DNA of 64,000 nucleotides from a phage. The translations under genes were made by a program, and so were the position numbers. Location: assembly GCA_020619395.1 (NCBI GenBank), contig GCA_020619395.1_4860.1; one strand, written 5' to 3'. A model generated the notes under the pieces. The model ran no database searches and was not told where the DNA came from. It was given only the letters and a program-made list of their open reading frames with translations. This document shows positions 9,783 to 18,835 of the stretch, in pieces (the first letter of the stretch is position 1; each line of letters opens with the position of its first letter).

Positions 9783-11512
9783 TCGCCGTCAAGCATGTTT
9801 TTGCGATTATTACCTTTCACCAACGGGTTACGTTTGGCCAGGTTCAGTATCGTCTGCAGTGTAGCGGCAGCACCGCAACAACGACGCACCAACGACAGGT
9901 TACGACGCAAGCCGACGAAGAGGTCTTCATCACCGTCTGGGGAGAATAACACCATCGAGAGTTCACGACCGTCGGTGCGCAGACCAGAAGGTTGATTAAG
10001 CTCGTTCATAATGACTTCGCTAATCAGGTTAACGTATTCAGCGTTATCCTTGGTTGCTTTCTGGAACTGCTCCAACACTTTAATCGTGTTATTAACCGCC
10101 TTATCCAGTGCACTGTAACGGTTCAGGTTAGTCGCGGCGGTGTCGTTGGTAAAACCTTGTTTACCTAGCGTTACCACCACGGCCAGCAGCTCACGTTCGT
10201 CACCAACCGATAACGTGCCCGCTTGGCGCATTTGCTCTAAGCACTCGCGTCCCAAGAACGCCGATGCTTGTGCATTAACCAACACTTTACCAGGCACGAA
10301 GTCCACACCATCGTCATGACCCACTAAACCACGAACTTTGTTTTCTGGGATAACGACCAAAGGTGCAGTAGCGTATTCGAATCCTTTGCGGGAAACGTCG
10401 CTGATGATGAAGTTCATCGTGGTGTTCAGCTGCGCTAACGCCTGACCGAAAATAAGCGCGGTGTCGTGTGCTGCTTTGTTAACTTGCTTACCGTTGTGCG
10501 TGGTGGTTGAACCTTGCTGATTCTTAAAACCTTCGGCGACGCTTGGGTCAATCATCGCTTTAAAGGCACTCTGGAGCGAGCCAAAGTAACCGATAAGTTC
10601 GCTGGCAACATTCGACATCTGTTGGAAGTTCAACAGGTTCGGAATACGCACACCGGCTTCACGCGCAGACTTCGGCAATGCCTGCCAGGCTTTCTTACCC
10701 ACCTCAATCGGATAGATACCGTAAGTTACGTTGTGTTGTAACAGGGTATCTAACAGGTCGTGAATAACCTGCTGGCTCGATTGGCGTTTCTTAGTGTAAC
10801 CTTTGAACAATTCAGTGAACGGCGAACGACCCAGCGCGCTGCTCAAGTCATTCAGATACTCTTCCGCGTTCATGTTCGTAAACACTTCGTCGGCCATCGC
10901 GATAGCCAAGTTCAGGTTTTCCAGGTCACGACCTTTCAGACCCTTAGAGGCTTCGATGTATGCATCTTTCACTGCGCTGATTTTCAGCTGACCGATGATA
11001 GTGTTTTCGGTCTGGGAGAAACTCTCTGCTTTTTCGCCGACTTTCTCAGCGTAACCTTCGCCGTCGAATTCGCCATTACCAGCAAACCCGTTACCGTTGC
11101 TGATAATCCAACCGATGATTTTGATAATCGCGGTCATGATTAACACAACCAATCCCACTTTACCTGCATTTGCCCAGGATTCGAGCGCAACAATAGTCTC
11201 TTTCTGGTGCGTGCGGGTATAGTTAGAGGTCAGGATTTTGCGGACAGCTTCGGGAATTGTGCCTGGGCGAGAAGATTCAACAGCGACAGCGACATCTTTC
11301 GATAGGCCAGCGCGTCGCACCTCATCAAGAATCGCGTCGATTTGCAGAATCAGTCGAGAGCCGTAGATTAAGTCGGCTTCGTTGCGTTGCATGTACAGAT
11401 TGAGCTGGTTGACAGAATCAATACGCTCGGCCATACGTGAACGCAGGACTTCACCGATCTCCCCCAAACGCCATTTGGGGTGGGTGGCGTTACCTGTCAT
11501 TTCCATGCTCAT
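9779..11512 (-). CDS. hypothetical protein with one predicted transmembrane segment
   Basis: 577-aa ORF; hydrophobic stretch KVGLVVLIMTAIIKIIGWII; no enzymatic motif seen. Confidence 0.6.
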   Translation of the reverse strand: MSMEMTGNATHPKWRLGEIGEVLRSRMAERIDSVNQLNLYMQRNEADLIYGSRLILQIDAILDEVRRAGLSKDVAVAVESSRPGTIPEAVRKILTSNYTRTHQKETIVALESWANAGKVGLVVLIMTAIIKIIGWIISNGNGFAGNGEFDGEGYAEKVGEKAESFSQTENTIIGQLKISAVKDAYIEASKGLKGRDLENLNLAIAMADEVFTNMNAEEYLNDLSSALGRSPFTELFKGYTKKRQSSQQVIHDLLDTLLQHNVTYGIYPIEVGKKAWQALPKSAREAGVRIPNLLNFQQMSNVASELIGYFGSLQSAFKAMIDPSVAEGFKNQQGSTTTHNGKQVNKAAHDTALIFGQALAQLNTTMNFIISDVSRKGFEYATAPLVVIPENKVRGLVGHDDGVDFVPGKVLVNAQASAFLGRECLEQMRQAGTLSVGDERELLAVVVTLGKQGFTNDTAATNLNRYSALDKAVNNTIKVLEQFQKATKDNAEYVNLISEVIMNELNQPSGLRTDGRELSMVLFSPDGDEDLFVGLRRNLSLVRRCCGAAATLQTILNLAKRNPLVKGNNRKNMLDGE

Positions 11513-11952
11513 GAAATCTGCCCTTTCAGTTCTGCCATGTAGAAACCAACCACTTCCATAAAGCGGCTAATCCACAGACCGACGGTTTCCCAGATATCTT
11601 CCCCGAGTGCCTGGTTGAAAATCTCACGAACTGAGAAACTTTCCAGAGCTTTAGCGCCGCCATACACGTTGCAGTAACGATTGCAGTACAGACCCACGGT
11701 CATGTCCTCAATCACGCCTAAATCAACACAGTACAGCTCGTTAACGTCAGAGACGATGTTACGCATTACCGGACGTAAAAACGTCCCAGCGGCCTCTGCA
11801 GCGCCATATTGGCCATTGTCAGCCAATACCGCGTTATACGCCAGTGAGAAAGCAACCAGACCGGTCAAAGCACGCTGGGCGTGTACACCTTTCCCTTCGT
11901 TGGTACGTTTGAAATCCAGTACCAGGTTATTTAAAGAAACTTTATGCGTCAT
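11509..11952 (-). CDS. hypothetical protein
   Basis: 147-aa ORF with a 4-nt stop/start overlap with the downstream gene. Confidence 0.5.
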   Translation of the reverse strand: MTHKVSLNNLVLDFKRTNEGKGVHAQRALTGLVAFSLAYNAVLADNGQYGAAEAAGTFLRPVMRNIVSDVNELYCVDLGVIEDMTVGLYCNRYCNVYGGAKALESFSVREIFNQALGEDIWETVGLWISRFMEVVGFYMAELKGQIS

Positions 11953-11967
11953 GTTAAGTACCCTTAC

Positions 11968-12405
11968 TTAAGAAACGGTAAGACCGGCTTCTTTGATGTG
12001 GTTGTGAATCGTGTCGAAGTAGACTTCTTCGTAGTCTGTCACGCCACGTGTGTAATATTCGGGGGAACCTTCGTAGGCTTGCTGCCAGGGTTCGGAGCAT
12101 TTACTAGGATCAATCCGATACAGATGCAAGCTGTCCTGCATCGAAATATTGTTCCAGTAACCGTTCGATTTCAACAATAGCTCGTTGCCGCGCTGTTGTA
12201 CGCGTACGGAAGCGATAGGCTGCCCCGGTGCCGATGAACGATTAGTTCGACAGGCATACTCGATGCCCGCTTTAACCGCCTCTGCGCGCGTCGCATACGC
12301 TTCGAGGGTCGGTGTGTCAGTTCCAATACGGTCACCGTATAAGTCACGGTCAATCTGACTGGCTGACAGCACCTTCCAGTGGTACGGCAGCATCACCCAC
12401 AACAC
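11968..12405 (-). CDS. hypothetical protein
   Basis: 145-aa ORF in the same block. Confidence 0.5.
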   Translation of the reverse strand: MLWVMLPYHWKVLSASQIDRDLYGDRIGTDTPTLEAYATRAEAVKAGIEYACRTNRSSAPGQPIASVRVQQRGNELLLKSNGYWNNISMQDSLHLYRIDPSKCSEPWQQAYEGSPEYYTRGVTDYEEVYFDTIHNHIKEAGLTVS

Positions 12406-12431
12406 GCGAGGTGATGTGGACGAAGATTCCC

Positions 12432-13781
12432 CTACGACTTTACCGTGGCGAGCTTCGCAGAAGCCACACGCAGGTCATTAGAAAGATAACGCTCCATCGT
12501 ACGCTGATAATCCACACCAGCGCGCTCACGGCGACCGCCAGGGGTCAGCGTTTTCATGATGAAGCTAAAGACGTTGTCTTTGTCTTTCACGGTTTTCAGT
12601 AATTCGTCGATAGACGCAATGCCCTGCAGAATACGTTTACGATGTTCGTTCGCTTCTTTCGTGGTGCTACCTTTTAAGGTGTTCAGCTCTTCCACTAAGT
12701 TACGACGCATCGTCTCAAAACGTTCCTGCGGCGGATCGTAGATGGTGTTGCGTGGGTCGTTCACAATCAGACCGAACGCCACCGAGATAGTCGTGAAGAA
12801 CAGGCCAACTGGATTAGTCGAAGCCACAATCAGCAGCGAAACGTTAAGCATTTCCAGCATCAGATGCACACCGTAGTTCATGTACGACGCGTTCCGGCAG
12901 AGATAGAATTGGGACGTTTCGATTTTGTACAGGGCTGACGCCAGGTACGGGGCTGCACCAAAACGAGCTGCGAAGTCATCTGCAGCACGTTCCCAGGTAC
13001 GGTTAGCGAACCCTTCCGAACCGGTAACAAACGGACGCTCAAGCAGAATGTCCGTCACCAGATGCATGTAGATGTTCTCTTTAGACATCTCTTTGCAGAT
13101 AGTTTCCGGCTGATTCACTTTGGTGTTCAGCATACGTTCAACGTCTTTTACGACTTTCAAACGCACTGTCGGGTCTTCGGTTTGCATCATGCGGTTCGCT
13201 GCAGCATCCGCAATCAGGTTCGTTACCACCGTACGCATCAAGGTACGGAAATAGTAATAGACGTGGCCGACTTCATGTAGAATAATCGCCGCGACTTCTA
13301 AATCCGTTAAGTCGATACTGGTCAGTAGTTTCGGGGTCAGCCAAAGTGGGGACGGCACCTTGCTGAGTTCGCCTGAAAGCTTCGCATTTTTATCGTCGAA
13401 CTCGCCGTTCAGTTCGTTCTCTTTTAAGAACTTACTGTAGACATCCAGGTCGGTGTTACCCTGCACCATTTTGCGTTGCAGGTCGGCGATAATTGGGTTG
13501 TTCGCGTCGAGCTTCGGTGGCTCCACACCCGCAAACACAACGTCCGCCACACCTAAGTCGGACCCGTTACGAGGCAGGACTGTAATACCGTTGTTGTCAA
13601 AGACCCAGGCAGCAATACCAGAACTCTGATAACCCGCTGGCGAGAAATCGCCCGCATCACGGAACTTACGTACCACTTCCGCCAAAGAGGCGAGTTTCTT
13701 TTTATCTTGGAATCCGATGGACTCCGAGGCCACGGCTTTCGCGTCGGCCAACGAGGTTATGTGCTTTTGCCAGTGTCCCAT
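12432..13781 (-). CDS. M48-type zinc metallopeptidase-like membrane protein
   Basis: 449-aa ORF with HEVGH (HExxH) and downstream ERAADDFAARFG (E-x-x-AD-x-FA, the third zinc ligand pattern of M48/HtpX/Ste24-type peptidases, recalled), plus hydrophobic helices such as VSLLIVASTNPVGLFFTTISVAFGLIV. Confidence 0.5.
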   Translation of the reverse strand: MGHWQKHITSLADAKAVASESIGFQDKKKLASLAEVVRKFRDAGDFSPAGYQSSGIAAWVFDNNGITVLPRNGSDLGVADVVFAGVEPPKLDANNPIIADLQRKMVQGNTDLDVYSKFLKENELNGEFDDKNAKLSGELSKVPSPLWLTPKLLTSIDLTDLEVAAIILHEVGHVYYYFRTLMRTVVTNLIADAAANRMMQTEDPTVRLKVVKDVERMLNTKVNQPETICKEMSKENIYMHLVTDILLERPFVTGSEGFANRTWERAADDFAARFGAAPYLASALYKIETSQFYLCRNASYMNYGVHLMLEMLNVSLLIVASTNPVGLFFTTISVAFGLIVNDPRNTIYDPPQERFETMRRNLVEELNTLKGSTTKEANEHRKRILQGIASIDELLKTVKDKDNVFSFIMKTLTPGGRRERAGVDYQRTMERYLSNDLRVASAKLATVKS

Positions 13782-13851
13782 TTAGACGTTCCTTTTAGAA
13801 AATACGTTACCCACAAATCAGTATAGCAGACACCATATTTGAGAGTAGACC

Positions 13852-15636
13852 ATGGAAATCAATACCTATTACGCACCCGAGGATGTCATCGCTAAAGAGT
13901 GCAAGCACGTCGCTTATGCGACGGACGAAGAAAAAGAAAATGACTTTGTCCTCATCAAAGAGGTCATCCATACTAAGGATGGCAGGCTTATCCCGCGCTT
14001 GGTAATGCGTGAGAATTTAAAGCGTCCGGTGTACGTTACCCGTGAAGAATATCGTAACCACCAGGAGAAAAAAGAGTTCGAAGAAAAAGGAAAATGTCAA
14101 GAACTCTGGACCACCGATGCACAAATGGCGAAGACGTTGCAGATGGGTTTAGGTGCACGTTTCCCTGACCCGAAAAAGAACCTGCGTCGTGTCTGTACTA
14201 GCCCGTACGTTTATTGGGCCGACTTACCGATTACCAGCTGGATTAAACAGAAATACTTAAAGCGCTGGCCGAACAATATCAGTCCTAACCGTCTTTGCGT
14301 ATACGACGTGGAGACTAACGAAATGGACGGCACGAAGGAACCGTGGATCGTGTCATTTATCTTAGACGACGAAATCCATTTCTTTGGTGCTAAGAACTAC
14401 ATGGACCGCATCGGTAAAAACGCGGAAGAAGTCATTCTCAAAAAAGCGCAGGAACTCTTAAGCAAAATCGAATTCGATGAGAAAGACAAAAAGACTGGCG
14501 AAAAGGTGACAAAGACCAAAGACATTATCAGTGGTTATAAAATCTTCACCTATACCTGCGCTACGGCAGGGCAGTGCATCGTCAGGATGTTCGAAGAGAT
14601 TCATCCGCGTCTTCCTGATTTGCTGGTCGCATGGAACCACCAGTTCGATATTTCACGCATGTTGGAAACCTTGCAGAAAGAAGGTATCGATCCACTGGGC
14701 GTCTTTAACCATCCGGATGTGCCGGAGAAATACCGTCGTCTGTGGTTTAAAGAAGACCAGGCGAACAAAAAGACGGAATCCAAGTCACTCACCAAAGCAC
14801 CGTCACAACAGTGGCACGTACTCTACTGTACTGCGTCTTTCTACTGTGTGGATGCCATGGTGTTATTCCGTTCGTTGCGTGTCCACGAAGGGCAACGTCC
14901 TTCGTACAAGTTATCTGCCATACTGTACACCGAACTCGGTTTACACAAACTCGACATTCCTGGACTGCCGTATGAAGATAACCTGCAATGGCACATAAAA
15001 GCACAACGGGACTACCCTGCCGAATATGCCGTATACAACATGATGGATAACTTGTTAATCGTGTTGTTGGATAAGAAGACGAACGACTTGTCTTCGGCAA
15101 TATCCATTCTGGCAGGTTTCTCGATGTACGATATCTTCCCGTCGCTACCAAAACGTATCTGCGTGGCCTTTACCTATTATCTGTATGACAAAGGATACGT
15201 CATCGGTTCCGTAGGGTCTGCAATGCGTAACGATTACGATGAAGAAGTTATCGGTACGGACGGTTGGATTGTTACCCTGACAGCATGTATGAATGCTGAG
15301 AACGGTCTGAACAACATTCTGGAGGAGATTGACGAATATTACTCTGCGTTCCGTGGACAAACTGCGGATGCGGACTTAACCCAGGCCTACCCTTCGGCCA
15401 CAAACATGATGAACCAGTCTCGTGAGACCACACTCATCGAACTACTGTCCATCAATGGGGTTAGTGAAGAGATTCGACGTCGCACGGGCGTCAACTTAAC
15501 TGCTGGGCGAGTTAATGCCATGGAAATAGCGACAGACTTCTTCTGCTTACCGGACAAAGACACTGTCCTGTCCACGTTCTTACGTAAGCAAGGGGAAGTA
15601 GTGACAGAGCCTATGGAGTACATCTGCGGGTTCTAA
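13852..15636 (+). CDS. DEDDy-type 3'-5' exonuclease domain protein; candidate proofreading part of a split family-B DNA polymerase
   Basis: 594-aa ORF with Exo I-like CVYDVETNE (D-x-E), Exo II-like WNHQFDISR (N-x3-F-D) and Exo III-like YNMMDNL (Y-x3-D) in the expected order. Confidence 0.5.
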   Translation: MEINTYYAPEDVIAKECKHVAYATDEEKENDFVLIKEVIHTKDGRLIPRLVMRENLKRPVYVTREEYRNHQEKKEFEEKGKCQELWTTDAQMAKTLQMGLGARFPDPKKNLRRVCTSPYVYWADLPITSWIKQKYLKRWPNNISPNRLCVYDVETNEMDGTKEPWIVSFILDDEIHFFGAKNYMDRIGKNAEEVILKKAQELLSKIEFDEKDKKTGEKVTKTKDIISGYKIFTYTCATAGQCIVRMFEEIHPRLPDLLVAWNHQFDISRMLETLQKEGIDPLGVFNHPDVPEKYRRLWFKEDQANKKTESKSLTKAPSQQWHVLYCTASFYCVDAMVLFRSLRVHEGQRPSYKLSAILYTELGLHKLDIPGLPYEDNLQWHIKAQRDYPAEYAVYNMMDNLLIVLLDKKTNDLSSAISILAGFSMYDIFPSLPKRICVAFTYYLYDKGYVIGSVGSAMRNDYDEEVIGTDGWIVTLTACMNAENGLNNILEEIDEYYSAFRGQTADADLTQAYPSATNMMNQSRETTLIELLSINGVSEEIRRRTGVNLTAGRVNAMEIATDFFCLPDKDTVLSTFLRKQGEVVTEPMEYICGF

Positions 15637-15688
15637 AACAAAAAAAAGAAAGGCCTCTCTACCCTAGGGTAGAGAGGTACTTTTATTT
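15636..15688. terminator. bidirectional rho-independent terminator
   Basis: Hairpin 15654-15677 (cctctctaccc / tagg / gtagagagg) with A-run 15636-15650 and T-run 15681-15687. Confidence 0.65.
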
Positions 15689-16262
15689 AACCGCCAAAGG
15701 CGTGCATAACCAGCGAACGCAGGTCCGGGTCGTTCAGGCGACGAGCCAGACGGTCAACATCGTTGGTATCACGGAAACGGCCTTTATCGGCGCAACGTGC
15801 GTAACGAATCAGCATGTTAATAAAGATAACGAAGACTTCACGCTCGTCACGATTCGGGAAGTTCTCACTGATACGGTTATTAGCAGCCGGTGCGTAGAAA
15901 ATACCGTTACGGTGCTTATTAGCCGCTTCTACAAAGGCGTAGAAACCGTCCAGGAAGGCCTGACCGCGCAGTTTAAACAGCTCACGGAAAGAGTGATGCA
16001 GCTTATTATACGCATCTTTCTCAGCCTGGGTACCAGATGCTTTACGTGGGCCGGCATTGTTACCTGCTTCATCGAGCATCGTGGTGATCAGTTTAACACG
16101 ATATTGGTCGTCGTTGCTGTAAGAAGCGCTATCACGGACCACGCCTTCTGTACGCGGGTCAAGGGTAGTAGTGTCTTTCTTAGTCATGAGGAAACAATCC
16201 TTAGGTGATGTGGAATTTAGGGATGTACTCTTTAACCACGGTTTCGCGACCGTGCATCGCAC
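15687..16262 (-). CDS. hypothetical protein
   Basis: 191-aa ORF; the start is uncertain because the ORF-track start overlaps the upstream gene by 62 nt (alternative Met at 16187). Confidence 0.45.
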   Translation of the reverse strand: MRCTVAKPWLKSTSLNSTSPKDCFLMTKKDTTTLDPRTEGVVRDSASYSNDDQYRVKLITTMLDEAGNNAGPRKASGTQAEKDAYNKLHHSFRELFKLRGQAFLDGFYAFVEAANKHRNGIFYAPAANNRISENFPNRDEREVFVIFINMLIRYARCADKGRFRDTNDVDRLARRLNDPDLRSLVMHAFGG

Positions 16263-17499
16263 CCATTGCAGTGGTCATAACGTTCGAGAAGCCGGAAGAG
16301 ATATCCGCAGCGATTGCCCGTGGCTCTTCTGCTTTGTGTGCAGAGGCGCACGCCGCACAACAGTCTACGTGACCTTGCTGACATAAGATGGGTCGGCGGA
16401 GTCGAACAACTTTACCAAATTGTGTTTTCAAATACTCTTCGGTGAGTTGGGTAACTTTACCGTTAATCATCGCGTTCATGCCAACATAACGCTTGTAGTT
16501 ATACTGGTTAATTACAAGTGCATGTGTCAGTTTTGTCCCGCAATCACCAGGTACGATTTTGTGGTTCTGGAAGATCATCTGGATGATACGTACTTGCTCC
16601 CCGCCCTTGGCAGTTTCTGCACCACGCATGAAGGAACCTTCTCGCGTATCATTGAACTTCTCTACCAGATACTTCATCCCGGTCTGATCAACTTCCATCA
16701 GACTCGTTGGGATTAAGGTAAAATCTGCACCTTCTTTAAAAGCGGTCTGAATACCATACATCAGCATCAGCTTACGGCGACGCATACGCGCTTTAGGAGA
16801 GCTGTAGAACTCAACGGACTGGTCGCCACTCAACCACTCTTTATCAAGTTCGTCGAGAGCTTTTTCAATCATAACGATAACCGCAGGGTTATCCAGTTCG
16901 TCTTTGTGCTTCAACAGCAACGCATCTCGTACCTTATACGCGTCAGGATGCGTTGTAAGGCTTCTAATAGTTCCTGTTGGGGCAATCCCACGACACAACG
17001 GAGCAAGCTCGTGTAGACCCCCTACAAAGCGTCCTATCATGTACGGTCGAATCGCGTCTTCGTTGTCTGGATCGGTGTCATCATATTCCACACAACGCTC
17101 ATACATCTCTTTACGGTAGGCTAGCGGGTCACGAGACTCTGCCAGATACGGGAGACGGGTACCGAAAGCGTAGTAGATAGCAATCCAGTTAAAGACATAG
17201 CGACCCACGGTAGTCGGAATGGGACCAGCTAAACCTGGGTACATCTCAGGACGCAATTCAAACTGCTCTTCCGGCACGAACAGCTCTTCATCTTTTTTGC
17301 ACCCTTCAATCGGCACCCACTTGGTTTCTTCGTTTTCCCAGTAGTGGGGTAAGCCGTCAATATAGTTCAGGTCGTATTGCTCAGGCGGCTCACCTTTTTC
17401 ATTAAAGATAGCCACGTTGAAAACCGCAATACGCCACACCAGTCTACGCCAAGCTTCTGCTTTACACGCAGCAACCAGATAATCAATCTTGTTCATCAT
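16201..17499 (-). CDS. hypothetical protein with a C-terminal Cys cluster
   Basis: 432-aa ORF; CQQGHVDCCAAC cysteine cluster near the C-terminus suggests metal binding; no further assignment. Confidence 0.55.
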   Translation of the reverse strand: MMNKIDYLVAACKAEAWRRLVWRIAVFNVAIFNEKGEPPEQYDLNYIDGLPHYWENEETKWVPIEGCKKDEELFVPEEQFELRPEMYPGLAGPIPTTVGRYVFNWIAIYYAFGTRLPYLAESRDPLAYRKEMYERCVEYDDTDPDNEDAIRPYMIGRFVGGLHELAPLCRGIAPTGTIRSLTTHPDAYKVRDALLLKHKDELDNPAVIVMIEKALDELDKEWLSGDQSVEFYSSPKARMRRRKLMLMYGIQTAFKEGADFTLIPTSLMEVDQTGMKYLVEKFNDTREGSFMRGAETAKGGEQVRIIQMIFQNHKIVPGDCGTKLTHALVINQYNYKRYVGMNAMINGKVTQLTEEYLKTQFGKVVRLRRPILCQQGHVDCCAACASAHKAEEPRAIAADISSGFSNVMTTAMGAMHGRETVVKEYIPKFHIT

Positions 17500-18367
17500 C
17501 TACCTCCGCGTCCCCACTAGCGTATATGACTTTCAACGCTTCCAATCCTTTCCGCAAGATTTCTCCAGGCGGGACGTTGTCGACGTTCAACAAGGCAAGG
17601 TTCTTTTCTAAGTCACCGTAAGCCCCGTCAAACTCCGCATGAGGAATAATCGATAAACCTACCGCATACATCGTCAGCAAATCAATTTCGCTAATGTCTT
17701 CTACGCGAAACTCTAACGACTGCTGCACTACCGTTAAGTCTGGCTCAGCAGGCAGATTCATAAAGACAAACGCTGACGGGTTCTCAGGGAACAACCGCAA
17801 GTAAGTGACGATACGCTCTTGGCGCACATCATCGCTGTTTCGTTTCTGGCTTTCCAACGACTCTGCTGCTAAGAAGTTTTCCATCACGGTAAGCACGCGT
17901 GGGCTGACAACAGTAATCAGGTCTTCAAAGTGCAGGTTTTCGTCACCGTAAACATAACGACACATGTTCTCCAGGATATACTCTGGTGTCTCACCAGAGG
18001 AGACGATCCCGTAAAGAGCGTCGCTGTCTTCGAACTCTTCGAAGGCTTCCAACACACCGTGAAGGATACGTACGGTTTCTTTCGGTTTCTGGAAGACGAT
18101 TTGTGGATTAAGTCCGATACCGAGGCGGTTGCCTAATCCAACCGCTACCTTCACGATAATGGATTCCAGACGAACAGTTTCGTCCGCAGGGTCAGACAAC
18201 GGGTTGCTATAAACATCGGATAACGCCACATCGTAACCGTAATCCATACCGAGCGTCACTAAATCTAGCATCGGTGCTGCACGACCTTCGTGACGGTTGA
18301 CTGTCAATACAGCCGCATAGTCGGTATAAATATCAATCATGGCTCTGTTCCATAGTGAAAAGGGCAT
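17483..18367 (-). CDS. hypothetical protein
   Basis: 294-aa ORF followed by a terminator. Confidence 0.55.
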   Translation of the reverse strand: MPFSLWNRAMIDIYTDYAAVLTVNRHEGRAAPMLDLVTLGMDYGYDVALSDVYSNPLSDPADETVRLESIIVKVAVGLGNRLGIGLNPQIVFQKPKETVRILHGVLEAFEEFEDSDALYGIVSSGETPEYILENMCRYVYGDENLHFEDLITVVSPRVLTVMENFLAAESLESQKRNSDDVRQERIVTYLRLFPENPSAFVFMNLPAEPDLTVVQQSLEFRVEDISEIDLLTMYAVGLSIIPHAEFDGAYGDLEKNLALLNVDNVPPGEILRKGLEALKVIYASGDAEVDDEQD

Positions 18368-18380
18368 TCATACCAAGGCG

Positions 18381-18418
18381 AATAAAAAAAGAAAACGGGG
18401 CCGAAGCCCCGAATTTCT
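18381..18418 (-). terminator. rho-independent terminator after CDS 18420..18791
   Basis: Hairpin 18395-18410 (cggggc / cgaa / gccccg) with + strand A-run 18381-18394. Confidence 0.55.
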
Positions 18419-18419
18419 A

Positions 18420-18791
18420 TTAATGTCCCGTCAGATCTTTCTCCAGCTCTTTTAGCGCACGTTCACCTGCCACCTGTTCGCCGGCTTTGGCGATAATCGC
18501 TTTGCGACGACGGATGTTGTCGAGCATCAGGAGTATCTGCCAGCGGGGGCGGTCGAGGAACTCGTCTATCGACATCCGGTAGTTTTCACCGACCTCTTCA
18601 CGTAAGTAAGTGGCGTACCAGATATCGTAAAGACTACCGTATACCGGGTTTTCAAAATCCGACAACCCTACCTGATGGTCGCCGGTATTAAGAGCCAGTG
18701 TACGGTCATACGCTTCCAGAAGCTCGTTATGGGCTTCCTGATACGTAATAGGACGTGTGCTACGCTGCTTGAAGAGAGAGGTGGTATCCAT
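18420..18791 (-). CDS. hypothetical protein
   Basis: 123-aa ORF with its own terminator. Confidence 0.5.
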   Translation of the reverse strand: MDTTSLFKQRSTRPITYQEAHNELLEAYDRTLALNTGDHQVGLSDFENPVYGSLYDIWYATYLREEVGENYRMSIDEFLDRPRWQILLMLDNIRRRKAIIAKAGEQVAGERALKELEKDLTGH

Positions 18792-18835
18792 CTTGAGCGT
18801 TGTAATGATTTGCTCGGACGGAACGTCTTCCTGGT

